DNA of 47,114 nt from positions 21,785,399-21,832,512 of the forward strand of contig NC_068991.1 in NCBI RefSeq assembly GCF_001194135.2, in the 5' to 3' direction. Made by a program: the position numbers and the translations under genes. Source of the DNA: Octopus bimaculoides (Eukaryota). Under the pieces are notes generated by a model that saw nothing but the letters and a program-made list of their open reading frames with translations, was not told where the DNA came from and searched no databases. Below, one piece after another: positions 11,670 to 24,063 of this stretch (the first letter of the stretch is position 1; the number at the start of each line of letters is the position of its first letter).

Positions 11670-11672
<3 letters not shown>
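11454..11672 (-). mobile_element. RTE LINE 3' fragment flanked by (TA)n
   Basis: Same 3' UTR; followed by (TA)n at 11673-11709. Confidence 0.88.
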
Positions 11673-11711
<39 letters not shown>

Positions 11712-11714
11712 CAC

Positions 11715-12185
11715 TGTGTTATCCAGGCTATCATATGTTGTTATACACCACTAGTCACAATGCACTCCCTTACATTGCTGAAGCTTTCATATGATTCCAT
11801 CCAACTAAGATAGGTAGGCAGGCCAACATTTCCCTTGTTTTGAAAGAAATGTTTCTTGCCAAACACAGTCGAATGAGTCACTGATGTCAAGCGTAACAAA
11901 ATTACTTTTACCAGATTTCTCAAAGATGAGAAACCGTGTTTGATAGATTCTCTCAAGGATCAGGAATGAATGGTGTGAGACACAGGAGAACAAATGTCCA
12001 GTAGGTTTTCATCTCTGAAAGTTGACCCTGTGGCCATTTAATAGTGAGAGAGAAGCTCAAGTTGATGAAGAAGGTGTTTAAAACTGTTACCATTTTTTTT
12101 TTGTCTATGTTGAAAGAGAGGATTCGTTGGCACTGGCTGGCGGCTCAGGTCAGATTCACTTCTTGAAAATGGGCCACACTGCAAT
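11715..12185 (-). mobile_element. CR1/Jockey-group LINE RT remnant
   Basis: Minus translations AVWPIFKK, FVTLDISDSFDCVWQ (LDISKAFDRVWH) and VTSGV (GVPQG region), seen partly in ORFs 11805..11993 and 11741..11956. Confidence 0.72.
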
Positions 12186-13713
12186 GTATTTTCATAGATT
12201 AAGATAGATTCTGTCTATAAAACATACACACGCACGCACACATGCACACACACACTCACACACACACACACACAGATTGAAGAGTTGAGAATAGAAGCTA
12301 TAACTAAAACACACTGTACATTTATGTGCAGGTGGGTACATTTGCATTATGTACATGTTACAAATACACATGTTTCACCTGTACACTGACGCACATCCCC
12401 ATGCTCATATTTACACACACCTTTAGTGTAAGTATATATATACATGTGTATGTAACACCAACACTCACGCACACACATATATATATATGCACACATGTGT
12501 ACACACACCCACACCTCACATCTACTTTACCTGAGTTGTGTAAATCTAGTTTCATAAAAAAAAAAAAATAAATGTAATTGTAGCTATGCTGAAGATTTGA
12601 AATCATTCTTTTGACTGTTTATATAATGTGTGTGTGTGTGTGTCCGTGTGTGTCCATGTGTGAGTTTATGGGGTTTTGTGTATTTTGTGTGGATGTATGC
12701 GTATGTTCGTGAGTTAGTGTGTATGTCAGTTTATGTGGTTGTGTATATTTGTATGTATGTGTAAAATTATATGGTTATGTGTGTGATTATTTGTGAGTGT
12801 GTATTTATATATATATATATATATGTGTGTGTGAGTGTGTGTGTGTGTGTGATTATGTATGTAAGTGTGTATGAGTGATTATGTGTGTATGTGTTTATAT
12901 GTATGCTTGTATATGTGTATGTTTGTTTATTAAGAAATATATACTGTAGACTGGTTACAGAGACTTCCAGATTCTTATTTAACCAACTTTGTTTAAATTC
13001 TTCACCAGTTCAAAAAGGTGAGTCGTTGAACCTACTTCACCTAAAATTCATTTTATATTCTTTTTATTAATTCTAATATTTTCCTTCCTGTTTTTCACAT
13101 CATTGTTGTTATTTTTGTTTTCATTTAGAGAAGAATCTAGGTTCTTCTTTGCTCCATCTCTACATTTTTTTGTATTTTTCCTTCATTTCTCAACATTATT
13201 CTTCTGAGATTCTATGTGAATTTACCATTTGTATTAACATAAAACATGACTGTTTTCTATGGGGTACCATTTCGTTTTTATACTTAGATGGATTTCATAG
13301 TATCAGGATCTTTTGATATAGAGGAAGGAAGAGAGAAAAAAAAACATCATTTTATTTTTTTGTTGTGATTTAGTGATGTCTGTCTGATAAGATTTTTGGC
13401 AAGTTAAGATTAAGATAACTTAAACTTTTATCTCTCTGTTGTTATTGTTTTCAAACTGCAAAAAATCCTAACCTGAACACACTTTCTGGATAATTCTATG
13501 ACATCAAAAGGAGCTTGGTGTTGGTGAAGACTGCAGATGGTTTGTTCAAAGTCAACATTTCAGTTAAGAGAGTTCTGTAGTTATAAGGCCAGTTAGATAA
13601 AATGGGATTTAGTGAGGAAATAACTGTAAACCAAATGGCAATCATCAAGAGAGTAGTACTAAAATATAAAACAAGAAAAATCAAAGAGATAATGATGGTA
13701 GGATTCAGGAATT

Positions 13714-14072
13714 GTGAGTGAGTGAGTGAGTGAGTGAGTGAGTGGGTGAATGAGTGAATGAGTGAGTGAGTGAGTGGGTGGGTGAGTGGGTGAGTGAATG
13801 AGTGAATGAGTGAGTGAGTGGGTGGGTGGGTGAGTGAGGGAATGAGNNNNNNNNNNNNNNNNNNNNNNNNNNNNNNNNNNNNNNNNNNNNNNNNNNNNNN
13901 NNNNNNNNNNNNNNNNNNNNNNNNNNNNNNNNNNNNNNNNNNNNNNNNNNNNNNNNNNNNNTGAGTGAGTGAGTGAGTGAATGAGTGAGTGAGTGAGTGA
14001 GTGAGTGAATGAGTGAGTGAGTGAGTGAGTGAGGGAATGAGTGAGTGAGTGAGTGAGTGAGGGAATGAGTGA
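13714..14072. repeat. (GAGT)n tetranucleotide array with GAAT/GGGT variants, spanning a gap
   Basis: Read directly; gap at 13847-13961. Confidence 0.95.
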
Positions 14073-14084
14073 GATATGGAGTGT

Positions 14085-14210
14085 GCAGGCATGGCTGTGT
14101 GATTAATTTGTTTGGTTTTCAACCTTACACTTTGGGGTTTGGTCCTAGTGTTTGACAACACACAAGTGCTTTGGGAAAAGAAACTGGAGAATGATAACTG
14201 TGAGAAGCTT
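14085..14210 (+). mobile_element. SINE-B head, highly degenerate
   Basis: GCAGGCATGGCTGTGTG start matches the SINE-B 5' end. Confidence 0.5.
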
Positions 14211-14335
14211 GTTGTAAATGAATGTGTTTATGCCTTGTAACTTAGCATTTCAACATATGGAGATTGATAACGTAACTACCAGCAGTGGGCACAGTAAAAG
14301 GATGAAAGAATGTGTGTGTGTGTGTAATTGTACTA

Positions 14336-14560
14336 TCATCATCATTTTAGCATCCATGATTCTGTGCTTGCATACATTTGACAAAATTTGCTGAGGCAGA
14401 GTTTCTACAGATGGATGCTCTTCCTGTCATCAACCCTTGGCTGTTTCCAAGGAATGTGATATTTTCACAGCACAAAAGATCAAACATATTTACGCAGGAG
14501 ACTGCAAATGAACATGACTGCTTAATTGATGGAGATGTTCATTTCCACTTAGCACAGAAT
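14336..14560 (-). mobile_element. Old RTE 3' UTR fragment
   Basis: (CAT)n, GGCAGAGTTTCTACAGATGGATGCTCTTCC. Confidence 0.65.
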
Positions 14561-14579
14561 GTCAAAACTTTGTGACATG

Positions 14580-14714
<135 letters not shown>

Positions 14715-14721
14715 AATCACA

Positions 14722-14960
14722 CACATATAATCATCATCAGGAGCAACATAATTTTATGTCCACTTCTCTTGCTGGTATGGGTTGTCACAGTCCAAGTCAC
14801 TTCTTATTAGGTTTTTGCTCTTAAACATTGGCACTCATACATATCACTTGGCTTGGTTTCTACAGCTGACTGACCTTCCAATCACCAACCACTTTACAGA
14901 ATGTACTATATGCATTTTCTTATGGCACCCATGCTAGAGAAGTTGAATTGTCCTCATCAA
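14722..14960 (-). mobile_element. Old RTE 3' UTR fragment
   Basis: ATCATCATC..TTTTATGTCCAC..GGTTTCTACAGCTGACTGACCTTCC..CCAACCACTTTACAGA. Confidence 0.65.
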
Positions 14961-15579
14961 GGCATGATTAAAGGGATTTGCTCTTTCTCTCCTAATGTGC
15001 CATTCATTTTACAGTGTGTACAAGGTGTGTTTTTATAGTACCAAAGTTAGGGAGGTAGCCCTGCTGACCATTCACTTGCCAATGGAATACAGGTTTCTTC
15101 CTAACTCTTGTACAGGAAGTGGAGAAAAATTTAAAAAGGAAGAGAGAGAGAGAACAAGACATCAGGATCAAAAGTATGACAGGAAGAGGGAGGGATATTT
15201 GAAGGTGAAATTAGCAGAAGAGTGAATGGTAATAAGCATGAACAAAGGTAAAAGTGGGTGATGCAGTGAAGACAAGAGTAGGTGCTAGGTGGCATAAATG
15301 TGGTGCAGAGGAGAAAGAGTGCTGTCTAGTAGTACAACAAGGCAAAGCTGGAGTGAATTGAGCAGAACTATGAAAGTGATCCAATGTGGGCCTAGTGAAA
15401 GGTGATGGGGAATAGTGATGTGGATGGTGCAGTTGGTGTAATTGGCAGAGAGAGATGGAAGTTGGAGGGTTTATGAGTCATGAAGAGATGGGAAATGGAA
15501 AGCAGGTGAGCAATAAGTAGATGAGAGATGAGGCAAGGATGCAAGCTGAGGAAGCAGCATATGTAGGCATAGCAGGATA

Positions 15580-16530
15580 CAAAAATACATACTATGGCTT
15601 CTAAACACTATTGCCTTTGTGTCAGGGTACATTTTACCATGGGTGGACAGGTCTTCTGCAGCATGGAATATTGTCAATTAGAATGGTCCTTTGTCATCTC
15701 CTCCACGAGATGCAGCATCTTCAGGTCAGCCTTCCCTGCTTCGTCCGAAGCCTTTCTTGCAAATTCCACTAACTTGTATCACACTGTACTTCCATATGCA
15801 GCAGTCATCCTCCATATACATCATAAGCCCATACCAGCACTATCTCTTCTCTTTCTCACCACAACTGGTACCTCTTATACCCAGTCTCTCAATTCATTCA
15901 TGCACAGTAACATTACACATCCACCAAGCATGCTAGCTAAATTACTTCTAGTCTTTGTAAAGTCTTCTCCATTCAAGATCTACATCTCTCACTATTATGT
16001 AGCATCACAGTTTTAGCACAAGTATCATACAACCTATTATTCATTCTGAGCGAAAAGATCTTTGTTGCTAGCAGCAGTAATGACTCCTTGAAAATTTTCC
16101 AGCTCATTCTAAACCTGGCTACTGTACTTTCCAAACAACCACATTGCCTACTTATCATGTCACTTGAATAACATAAGTTATTGACTATTTCTAGTAAACC
16201 AACCAAGCATTGAAGAGTTTTTATTTCCAGTGTACTCTTAGTACATATTGCTTCACTGCTTCTACCGTGTACAAGGATTATCTTCTCACTTAGTCTTCTT
16301 GTGGTTCCACTCCATCTTTTGTGCCCCTAGTCTACAGTAAGTATGACAAATGGAGTTCCTACCAACTTCTTTTCCTCATAGTGAGCGAGTGATCTGTCCT
16401 CTTGATTACTTGCTAACACTTTAGTCTTTGCTAAATTTATCTTTATCTTGAGGTCTCCTGATTCTAGCTTTTGCATATGTACATGTTGAATTACAGGCAG
16501 GTTAATAGAAGAGATAAGGGTTCTGTACAT
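15580..16530 (-). mobile_element. RTE LINE ORF2 C-terminal region, decayed
   Basis: Minus ORFs and frames give KLESGDLKIKINLAKTKVL, VGRNSICHTYC, LEIVNNLCYSSDMIS..RFRMSWKIFKESLLLLATKIFSLRMNNRLYD and DLKMLHLVEEMTKDH, typical of RTE ORF2. Confidence 0.88.
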
Positions 16531-16803
16531 TTATAGTGGAATTGCAGCAGACTAACAAAAGAGATAAGCATTGTATGTGGCAGCCACAGTTGAGTAATAC
16601 ATATGTACATAAATGCATACATACCTATATGCATGCATATATACATGTATTTTTGCACGTATGTGTGTATGTATGTATGCATGTATGTATGTATGTATGT
16701 ATGTATTTGTGTGTATGTATGTATTTATGTACGTATGTATTGCTAAAGTGCAGCTGCTACTTTCAATGCTTATCTCTTCTGTTAGTCTGCCTGAATGCAA
16801 TTC

Positions 16804-16851
<48 letters not shown>

Positions 16852-17435
16852 GTTTGTTTGTTTTTATATTCAGTTATGATAAAAACAATTTTGCATTAAT
16901 CTTATGAGTTACTCTATACTTAAGTAGAGTACAAATTTATTAATCTTATANNNNNNNNNNNNNNNNNNNNNNNNNNNNNNNNNNNNNNNNNNNNNNNNNN
17001 NNNNNNNNNNNNNNNNNNNNNNNNNNNNNNNNNNNNNNNNNNNNNNNNNNNNNNNNNNNNNNNNNNNNNNNNNNNNNNNNNNNNNNNNNNNNNNNNNNNN
17101 NNNNNNNNNNNNNNNNNNNNNNNNNNNNNNNNNNNNNNNNNNNNNNNNNNNNNNNNNNNNNNNNNNNNNNNNNNNNNNNNNNNNNNNNNNNNNNNNNNNN
17201 NNNNNNNNNNNNNNNNNNNNNNNNNNNNNNNNNNNNNNNNNNNNNNNNNNNNNNNNNNNNNNNNNNNNNNNNNNNNNNNNNNNNNNNNNNNNNNNNNNNN
17301 NNNNNNNNNNNNNNNNNNNNNNNNNNNNNNNNNNNNNNNNNNNNNNNNNNNNNNNNNNNNNNNNNNNNNNNNNNNNNNNNNNNNNNNNNNNNNNNNNNNN
17401 NNNNNNNNNNNNNNNNNNNNNNNNNNNNNNNNNNN

Positions 17436-17625
17436 ATATGTATGTATATATACACATGTATGATGGGCTTCTTTCAGTTTCTGTCTACCAATTCTTTTTC
17501 GTCAGTCCAGGACTATAATAGAAAACACTTACCCAAGGTCCTACACCGTGGGAATGAACCCAAAACCATGTGGTTGTAAAATGGACTTCTTAACCCCACA
17601 GTCATACCTGAGCCTACATAGGTGT
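17436..17625 (-). mobile_element. SINE-B 5' half next to a gap
   Basis: Reverse complement of the SINE-B head (CTTTCAGTTTCTGTCTACCAA..ACTTACCCAAGG..GAACCC..AACCATGTGG). Confidence 0.85.
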
Positions 17626-18144
17626 GTCTGTATATGTATGTGTATGTGTGTGTGTGTGTGTGTGTTTATATATATAAATGTGCTTCTGTATGCATGTGTT
17701 TGTATATATATATATANNNNNNNNNNCAGTTAAGTCTTTTTATTTTTTAAACACTCAACTTTACTTAATTGCAAACCCAATCTGTTGCATGGTTTAATAC
17801 CTTGAGTACATTTAGAAGGCACTGCAGTAAATATATTACAAACTCCATTACAAGCATTCAGACCAGGTGTTCGGTGAGAGGATAAATCAATACTTTGATA
17901 CACCTCGCCCTTCCATATATTGTGTTGTTTTTTTTCCCCTTTCCTCTCACCAGTCTCATAGCTTCTGTAAAGGTCATGGATGTTGTCTCTTCCCCTTCTA
18001 ACTAATCCATGAATAAAAACAAAATAAACATCCTACGTCTGTATTATTTGTGTATGCATTTGATTATTTCATTATATATTTTCTTCTAATTCATAATGCC
18101 TACTCAAATTTTAAATGAATTATTATTTAATATTTCCAAAGCAA

Positions 18145-18625
18145 AGGCAGTGAGCAGACAGAATCATTAACATGATGACCAAAATACTTAGTGATAATTC
18201 TTTTAGCTCTTTATGTTCTGAGTTCAAACTCTGCTGAGGTTGCCTTTGTCTTTTATCGTTTTGGGTCACTAAAACCAGTACAAGTAAATCACTGCAGTCA
18301 ATATAATTGACTTATTCACTCCCACTAAATCTGTTGGCCTTGTGCCAAAATTTGAAATAGTTATTATTTTCCAGGTAGAATTGTTAGAAAATACCTTGTG
18401 GTTTTTGTTCCAGTTTTTTTACAGTTTATGTTCAAATCCCTCTAAAGACAATTTTGGCTTTCGTGGTCTAGAAAATATAGCATGAAAGTCTAAAAAAATA
18501 ATGTACAAGCCAAGTATTGAGTTAATTTAATTTACTGAGCCATTCCCCCAAATTTCAGGTCTTGTGCTTTCATTAAAAACAATTGCTAAATGGTGATGGA
18601 CTGGCAGAATCATTAGAGCATTGGA
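18145..18625 (+). mobile_element. Chain of SINE-A copies (two near-complete plus one head)
   Basis: Copies start near 18145, 18372 and 18590, joined at ATT tails. Confidence 0.8.
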
Positions 18626-18780
18626 GAAAATGAAGAATTTAGGAAAACAATTTTGTCACTACGAAGCCATGCAATTTTGATGGAAGATTTTAGTTTAGAT
18701 CACTTCAAAACAAGAAATTTGTATTGGGACCAAAGATGATCTCAAGCAGTTTATTATCAAAAGGGTTACAGAATAAAAAA
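18626..18780. mobile_element. Right half of a second TTAA-type MITE family
   Basis: AATTTTGATGGAAGATTTTA..TTTAGATCAC shared with 34242-34516; ends ATCAAAAGGGTTA. Confidence 0.55.
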
Positions 18781-18859
18781 AACTTACTCTTAAAAATAAT
18801 TTTGTTCTCTTAAGCACACCAGGAACTTTAATATTCCACACTGCACAATTCATTTCAAA

Positions 18860-19170
18860 TCATTATCATCATCGTTTAACGTCCGCTTTCCATGCTAGCA
18901 TGGGTTGGACGATTTGACTGAGGACTGGTGAACCAGATGGTTATACCAGGCTCCAATCTGATTTGGCAGAGTTTCTACAGCTGGATTCCCTTCCTAACGC
19001 CAACCACTCCGAGAGTGTAGTGGGTGCTTTTACGTGCCACCAGCACGAAAGCCAGACAGCTGGTGCTCTGGCAACGATCACGCTCGGACAGTGCTCTTAG
19101 TGATTTACTGGTACAGGTGCCATCACGATTTCGCTTTCGCTTGCCCCAACAGGTCTTCGCAAGCCGATGT
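18860..19170 (-). mobile_element. Young RTE LINE 3' fragment
   Basis: CpG-retaining CATCGTTTAACGTCCGCTTTCCATGCTAGCATGGGTTGGACGATTTGACTGAGGACTGG, nearly identical to 23421-23566. Confidence 0.9.
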
Positions 19171-19239
19171 GATGTTACTTTTGTTTGAGTGCGAACATTA
19201 ATCAAATATTTCCTTGAGTTGTGGGACATAGAAAATTTC

Positions 19240-19410
19240 AGAAAACAGTGAGGTAGACCTCCGATCAAAGACATTCCAGCTTTGAACACCTGAGGTTTTT
19301 TTTCATACCCAGGATGACATTATCCAGTATGTCCCTTTTCCCTAAGATAATAGCATGGTATTCGAAGGAGATTTGGCTGCTGTTTATAGTAAGGTAGGCA
19401 ATCACATAGT
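19240..19410 (+). repeat. Dispersed repeat family X copy
   Basis: GATCAAAGACATTCCAGC..GGAGATTTGGCTGCTG.TT.TAG. Confidence 0.6.
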
Positions 19411-19995
19411 CTCCCTTGCTGAATGCCAGGGGTGTTGCTGATACACTTCAAAACTATTTCTGTCAATTCCATATTTTCTGTACTACTTAGAATCACAGTA
19501 AATGTCATTAAAACATATGGCATATATTTCATAAAATCATGTTCCCGTTTACTTTTTCCTTCTCTCTTCTTCCATTTACAATTTTTTAACATAACATAAG
19601 AAAGAAGAAAAGGGTCATTATTTATATCAAACCCTAAACCACAGTAAGGATTATTAATATGCTTGGGAATTTGAGTGTAGATTAATAAATAACATGATAT
19701 TCATCTTAATTAGAATCATCTCTTGACATACATGGCAAATAACACTATATAATGTGTGATTAGAGAAGAACCATTGAAAATATAGAAAGGGGGAGAGTAT
19801 TGACAGAAGATTTCTGCAAACATCATTTCTATATGTTGATATACTTTTAAAAGTTGGTAATAAGAGCTTAGATTTGTTATACTTTAAGGTTTGTAGTTCC
19901 ATGACACTCCCGCCACTCCAGACCATTTATATTAATGGCTTCCTTAGAATTTTTATTCTCCAACTCCCTTCTAGGAGTAAACAAATATTTACCAT

Positions 19996-20301
19996 CAGGA
20001 GTGGCTGTGTGGTAAGTAGCTTGCTTACCAACCACATGGTTCCGGGTTCATTCCCACTGTGTGGCACCTTGGGCAAGTGTCTTCTACTATAGCCTCGGAC
20101 TGACCAAAGCCTTGTGAGTGGATTTGGTAGACGGAAACTGAAAGAAGCCCATCGTATATATGTATATATAAATATATGTATGTGTGTGTATATGTTTGTG
20201 TGTCTGTGTCCCCCCAACATCGCTTGACAACTGATGATGGTGTGTTTAGGTCCCCGTAACTTAGCGGTTCGGCAAAAGAGACCGATAAAATAAGTACTAG
20301 G
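19996..20301 (+). mobile_element. SINE-B, young copy cut by a gap
   Basis: CAGGAGTGGCTGTGTGGTAAGTAGCTTGC..GGCACCTTGGGCAAGTG..AAGTACTAGG then Ns. Confidence 0.93.
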
Positions 20302-20935
20302 NNNNNNNNNNNNNNNNNNNNNNNNNNNNNNNNNNNNNNNNNNNNNNNNNNNNNNNNNNNNNNNNNNNNNNNNNNNNNNNNNNNNNNNNNNNNNNNNNNN
20401 NNNNNNNNNNNNNNNNNNNNNNNNNNNNNNNNNNNNNNNNNNNNNNNNNNNNNNNNNNNNNNNNNNNNNNNNNNNNNNNNNNNNNNNNNNNNNNNNNNNN
20501 NNNNNNNNNNNNNNNNNNNNNNNNNNNNNNNNNNNNNNNNNNNNNNNNNNNNNNNNNNNNNNNNNNNNNNNNNNNNNNNNNNNNNNNNNNNNNNNNNNNN
20601 NNNNNNNNNNNNNNNNNNNNNNNNNNNNNNNNNNNNNNNNNNNNNNNNNNNNNNNNNNNNNNNNNNNNNNNNNNNNNNNNNNNNNNNNNNNNNNNNNNNN
20701 NNNNNNNNNNNNNNNNNNNNNNNNNNNNNNNNNNNNNNNNNNNNNNNNNNNNNNNNNNNNNNNNNNNNNNNGGACAAATCATTACATTTGTTAGGATTTG
20801 AGTGGCTTATTTTTTTTACTTAAAACAATTTCACTTGCGCAAATGTCATTTTTTATTTTACTGAGATAGCATTCATTATATATCATGCTGTTAAATGAGG
20901 AAGATATTTTTTTTAACCTTGTATTGATTACCAAT

Positions 20936-21008
20936 GATGATGACGATGGTGGTGATGGTGGTGGCGGTGGTGGTGGTGGTGGCAGTGGTGGTGGTGGTGG
21001 TGGCGGTG
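20936..21008. repeat. (GAT)n-(GGT)n microsatellite
   Basis: Read directly. Confidence 0.9.
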
Positions 21009-21009
21009 G

Positions 21010-21151
21010 TGAGGATTAGGTCCTCAGACTGTCTGTCTGAGGTCCTTGCTGTGACTTGACAGACAGTACACCCCCACTCCAGTAAACACAATATCTTCAA
21101 TCAACAACATCACAATACTGGATACTGTGCCACGTCTTCAATAGTAATAAT

Positions 21152-21195
<44 letters not shown>

Positions 21196-21208
21196 TAATA
21201 ATAATAAT
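21010..21208 (+). mobile_element. Putative retroelement 3' end with hairpin and (AAT)n tail (Dong-like, tentative)
   Basis: GTCTGAGGTC-CTTGCTGT-GACTT(GA)CAGAC stem-loop, a GCTGTGA motif shared with the Dong 3' UTR at 458-494, then (AAT)n at 21143-21208; no protein evidence. Confidence 0.35.
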
Positions 21209-21265
21209 GTGTTCAGGTGCACTACAACTCACTGGAAAAGGTTAAAAGTGGGGACAGAAAGTAGC
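21143..21265 (-). mobile_element. Short CR1 3' terminus with (ATT)n tail
   Basis: TCAGGTGCACTACAACTCA matches the 3' end of the CR1 fragment near 27480 (TCAGGTGCTCTACAACTCA). Confidence 0.6.
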
Positions 21266-21622
21266 CATATAAGTCAAGAAAAGAAAGGCAGTGATGATAG
21301 CTGAAAGTACAGGTGCAGTAAAGAGAAGTAAAGATACAATGTGGCAAAAAGAAAAAAAATGAATAGTAAAAGAGTGTTAACGAAAATGAATTGCTTAAGT
21401 ATTACAAGGCTCTATTGAGTGAAAACTTAATATTTTCATGCTATTGTACAGAGGATCTTGATCAATATACTGTGGTATGTAACATATAGCACACCTTTGT
21501 TGTTAATAGTAATAATGCAAAGCCGCATAGCATGGCAGATATAGAATACCACATCAGATGCTATATAGCTTTGCCCCTCTATATTGTGAGATCAAATCTT
21601 AAAGTGCACCACTTATGCTTAA

Positions 21623-21845
21623 GGTTGTGAGCAGGCAGAATTATAAGCATGCCAAGCAAAATGCTTAGCAGCATTTCGTCTGTCTTTATTTCCTGAGTTC
21701 AAATTCTGTCGCGGTTGACTTTACCTTTCATCCTTCCGGGGTCCATAAAATAAGTACCAGTTGAGCACTGGGGTCAATGTAATCGAATTACCCCCTCCTC
21801 TGAAATTGGTGGAATTGTGTAAAAATCTGAAATCATTGTGTTAAT
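21623..21845 (+). mobile_element. SINE-A copy
   Basis: GAGCAGGCAGAATT..GAGTTCAAATTC..ATAAAATAAGTACCAGTTGAGCACTGGGGTC. Confidence 0.9.
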
Positions 21846-21879
21846 AATGGATGCGTAATGTTAGTGTCCATAAATGATA

Positions 21880-22140
21880 AATCAGAACTGGAGTGAGAGG
21901 AAAATTGGATATCAGAGGAATCAGAAGCAATATACAAGAAAGATAATGATGGTATGGGCATGTGATGCATACAGAAGATAACAGCTGTAAAGGACACTCA
22001 AATATGATTGAATTTGTGGAAGGAGGTAACCTGGGAAGTCATGGGATGAAGTGATGATAGCTGATCTCAGAATAGCTGATCTCATCATAAAAGAAATGAC
22101 AAAGTGTTACCAGAGAAAACCCTCATCTGTTCAAACATGA
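21880..22140 (+). mobile_element. RTE ORF2 3' remnant, the only clear plus-strand RTE copy
   Basis: Translations RGKLDIRGIRSNIQER, WYGHVMHTEDNS and KSWDEVMIADLR..EMTK. Confidence 0.72.
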
Positions 22141-22262
22141 TGTATTGAACATTAAAAAGATAGTTGTGATGCATATGATGTGATGCATATAATAGTAGTG
22201 ATGCTTATAATAGTGGTGCATATAATGACATTTGGGCCTATTACCCAAAATATCCCTGTTAA

Positions 22263-22471
22263 CCCTTTAACCTGCAGATTACTGTCAAATGTAATGCTTA
22301 TTAATTCACATTGTTTTGGATTAATTATACATTATCTCAGATTCAAGATTTTAATATGATTATTTTTAGGATGATATTGTAGGGTAGGTGTGATGGGCCA
22401 GATCTGGCTAGCTTGAACATAAAACAGGTAGAATATTTGGTTGGGATATGGCTGGTTCAAATGCTAAAGGA
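22263..22471. mobile_element. TTAA-flanked MITE (piggyBac-type), complete
   Basis: TTAA at 22259-22262 and 22472-22475; CCCTTTA..ATGCTAAAGGA; same family as 6997 and 8871. Confidence 0.82.
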
Positions 22472-23009
22472 TTAAACTGTCATCTACTGTACCATTGCTT
22501 CTTTGATATCCTCTTCTCTCTCTATCACTCATCCTCACTCTACTCACACTCCTGCAAGCCAAGTAACGGTGTAGAGGCTCTCTCAAGAGTTGAGTGGAGT
22601 TAGTAGTCAATAGCAACAAAATCTATTAACAATATATATCTGTAACAAAATAACCTCATTTTTAATTCTCTCATACAAACAAACCGTACCACCACCACCA
22701 CCACCACCACTGCTGCAGTTGCCATTGGTTGTTACATGAACTTGACTTCCTATTTCCTAAATAATTGTTTTTTTATAGAAGAATAAATTAGCCCTAATTA
22801 GTTTCAGCAGGAATTGGTGCAAATGAACTTATCTCTGCATATGTGTATGTGTGTCTGTATGAGCATGCTTGTAAGAGCATAGATGCATGTATAATCATAA
22901 TCATTTCTGTGCATGCATATCTGTGTGTTCATGCATGTGATAGCAATTGTTTGTATGTTTGTGTATCTATACAAATTCGTCTTGCTGCACATGTGCATTC
23001 AGAAGCACA

Positions 23010-24024
23010 GACACAGTAATTTTGAGGGGAGGTGCAAGTCAGTACTATTGACCCAAGTACTTGATGGTACTTTACTTTATAAACCTTGAAAGGATGAAAG
23101 GCAAAGGCAACTTTAGTGAGAACATAAAGAGCTGGAAGAAATGTCACAAAACATATTCCCCAACACTAATAATTATCTAATCTAATAGTAATAATTATAA
23201 TTTTTTCTACTATAGGCACATGGCCTGAAGTTTTATGGGAGGGGACTAGTTGATTACATCAACCCCAGTACTTGACTGGTACTTAATTTATCAACCCCAA
23301 AAGGATGAAAGGCAAAGTTGACCTTGGTGGAATTTGAATTCAAAATATGAAGACGGATGAAATGCCACTTAGCATTTCGACTGGTGTACTAACGATTCTG
23401 CCAGCTCGTCACCTTATCTAATCATCATCATCATCATCATCGTTTAACGTCCGCTTTCCATGCTAGCATGGGTTGGACGATTTGACTGAGGACTGGTGAA
23501 ACCGGATGGCAACACCAGGCTCCAGTCTGATTTGGCAGAGTTTCTACAGCTGGATGCCCTTCCTAATATTAACAATAATGGTTTCAAATTTTGTCATAAG
23601 AGCAAGAAATTTGAGGGAGGGGATAAGTTGATTTTATCGACCCCAGTGTTTCACTGGTACTTACTTTATCGACCCCATAAGGATGAGAGGCAAAGTCAAC
23701 CCCAGGGGAATTTGAACTCAGAACATAGTGTTGGGCAACGATTCTGCCAGCTCACAGCCTTCTAATAGTAATAATAATAATTCCTTCTACTATAGGCACA
23801 AAGCCTGAAATTTGGGGTAGGGGGCTAGTCAATTTCATCGACCTCAGTGCATAACTGGTACTTATTTAATTGATCCCGAAAGGATAAAAGGCAAAGCCAA
23901 CCCTGGCAGAATTTGAACTCAGAACGTAGCGATGGGCAAAATACTGCTATGCATTTCAACCAGTGTGCTAACGATTCTGCCAGCTCACCACCTTCTAAAT
24001 AACAACAACAACAACAACAACAAC

Positions 24025-24063
<39 letters not shown>

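Noticed and set aside
12949-13022. Possible exon ending at AAG|GTGAGT (about 13016)
   Set aside because: Good donor but no polypyrimidine acceptor; only one open frame with no recognisable peptide.
13490-13700. Possible RT remnant (FYDIKRSLVLVKTADG)
   Set aside because: Similarity too weak to assign by eye.
19600-19990. AT-rich stretch considered as a mitochondrial insertion
   Set aside because: No recognisable mitochondrial gene or tRNA.
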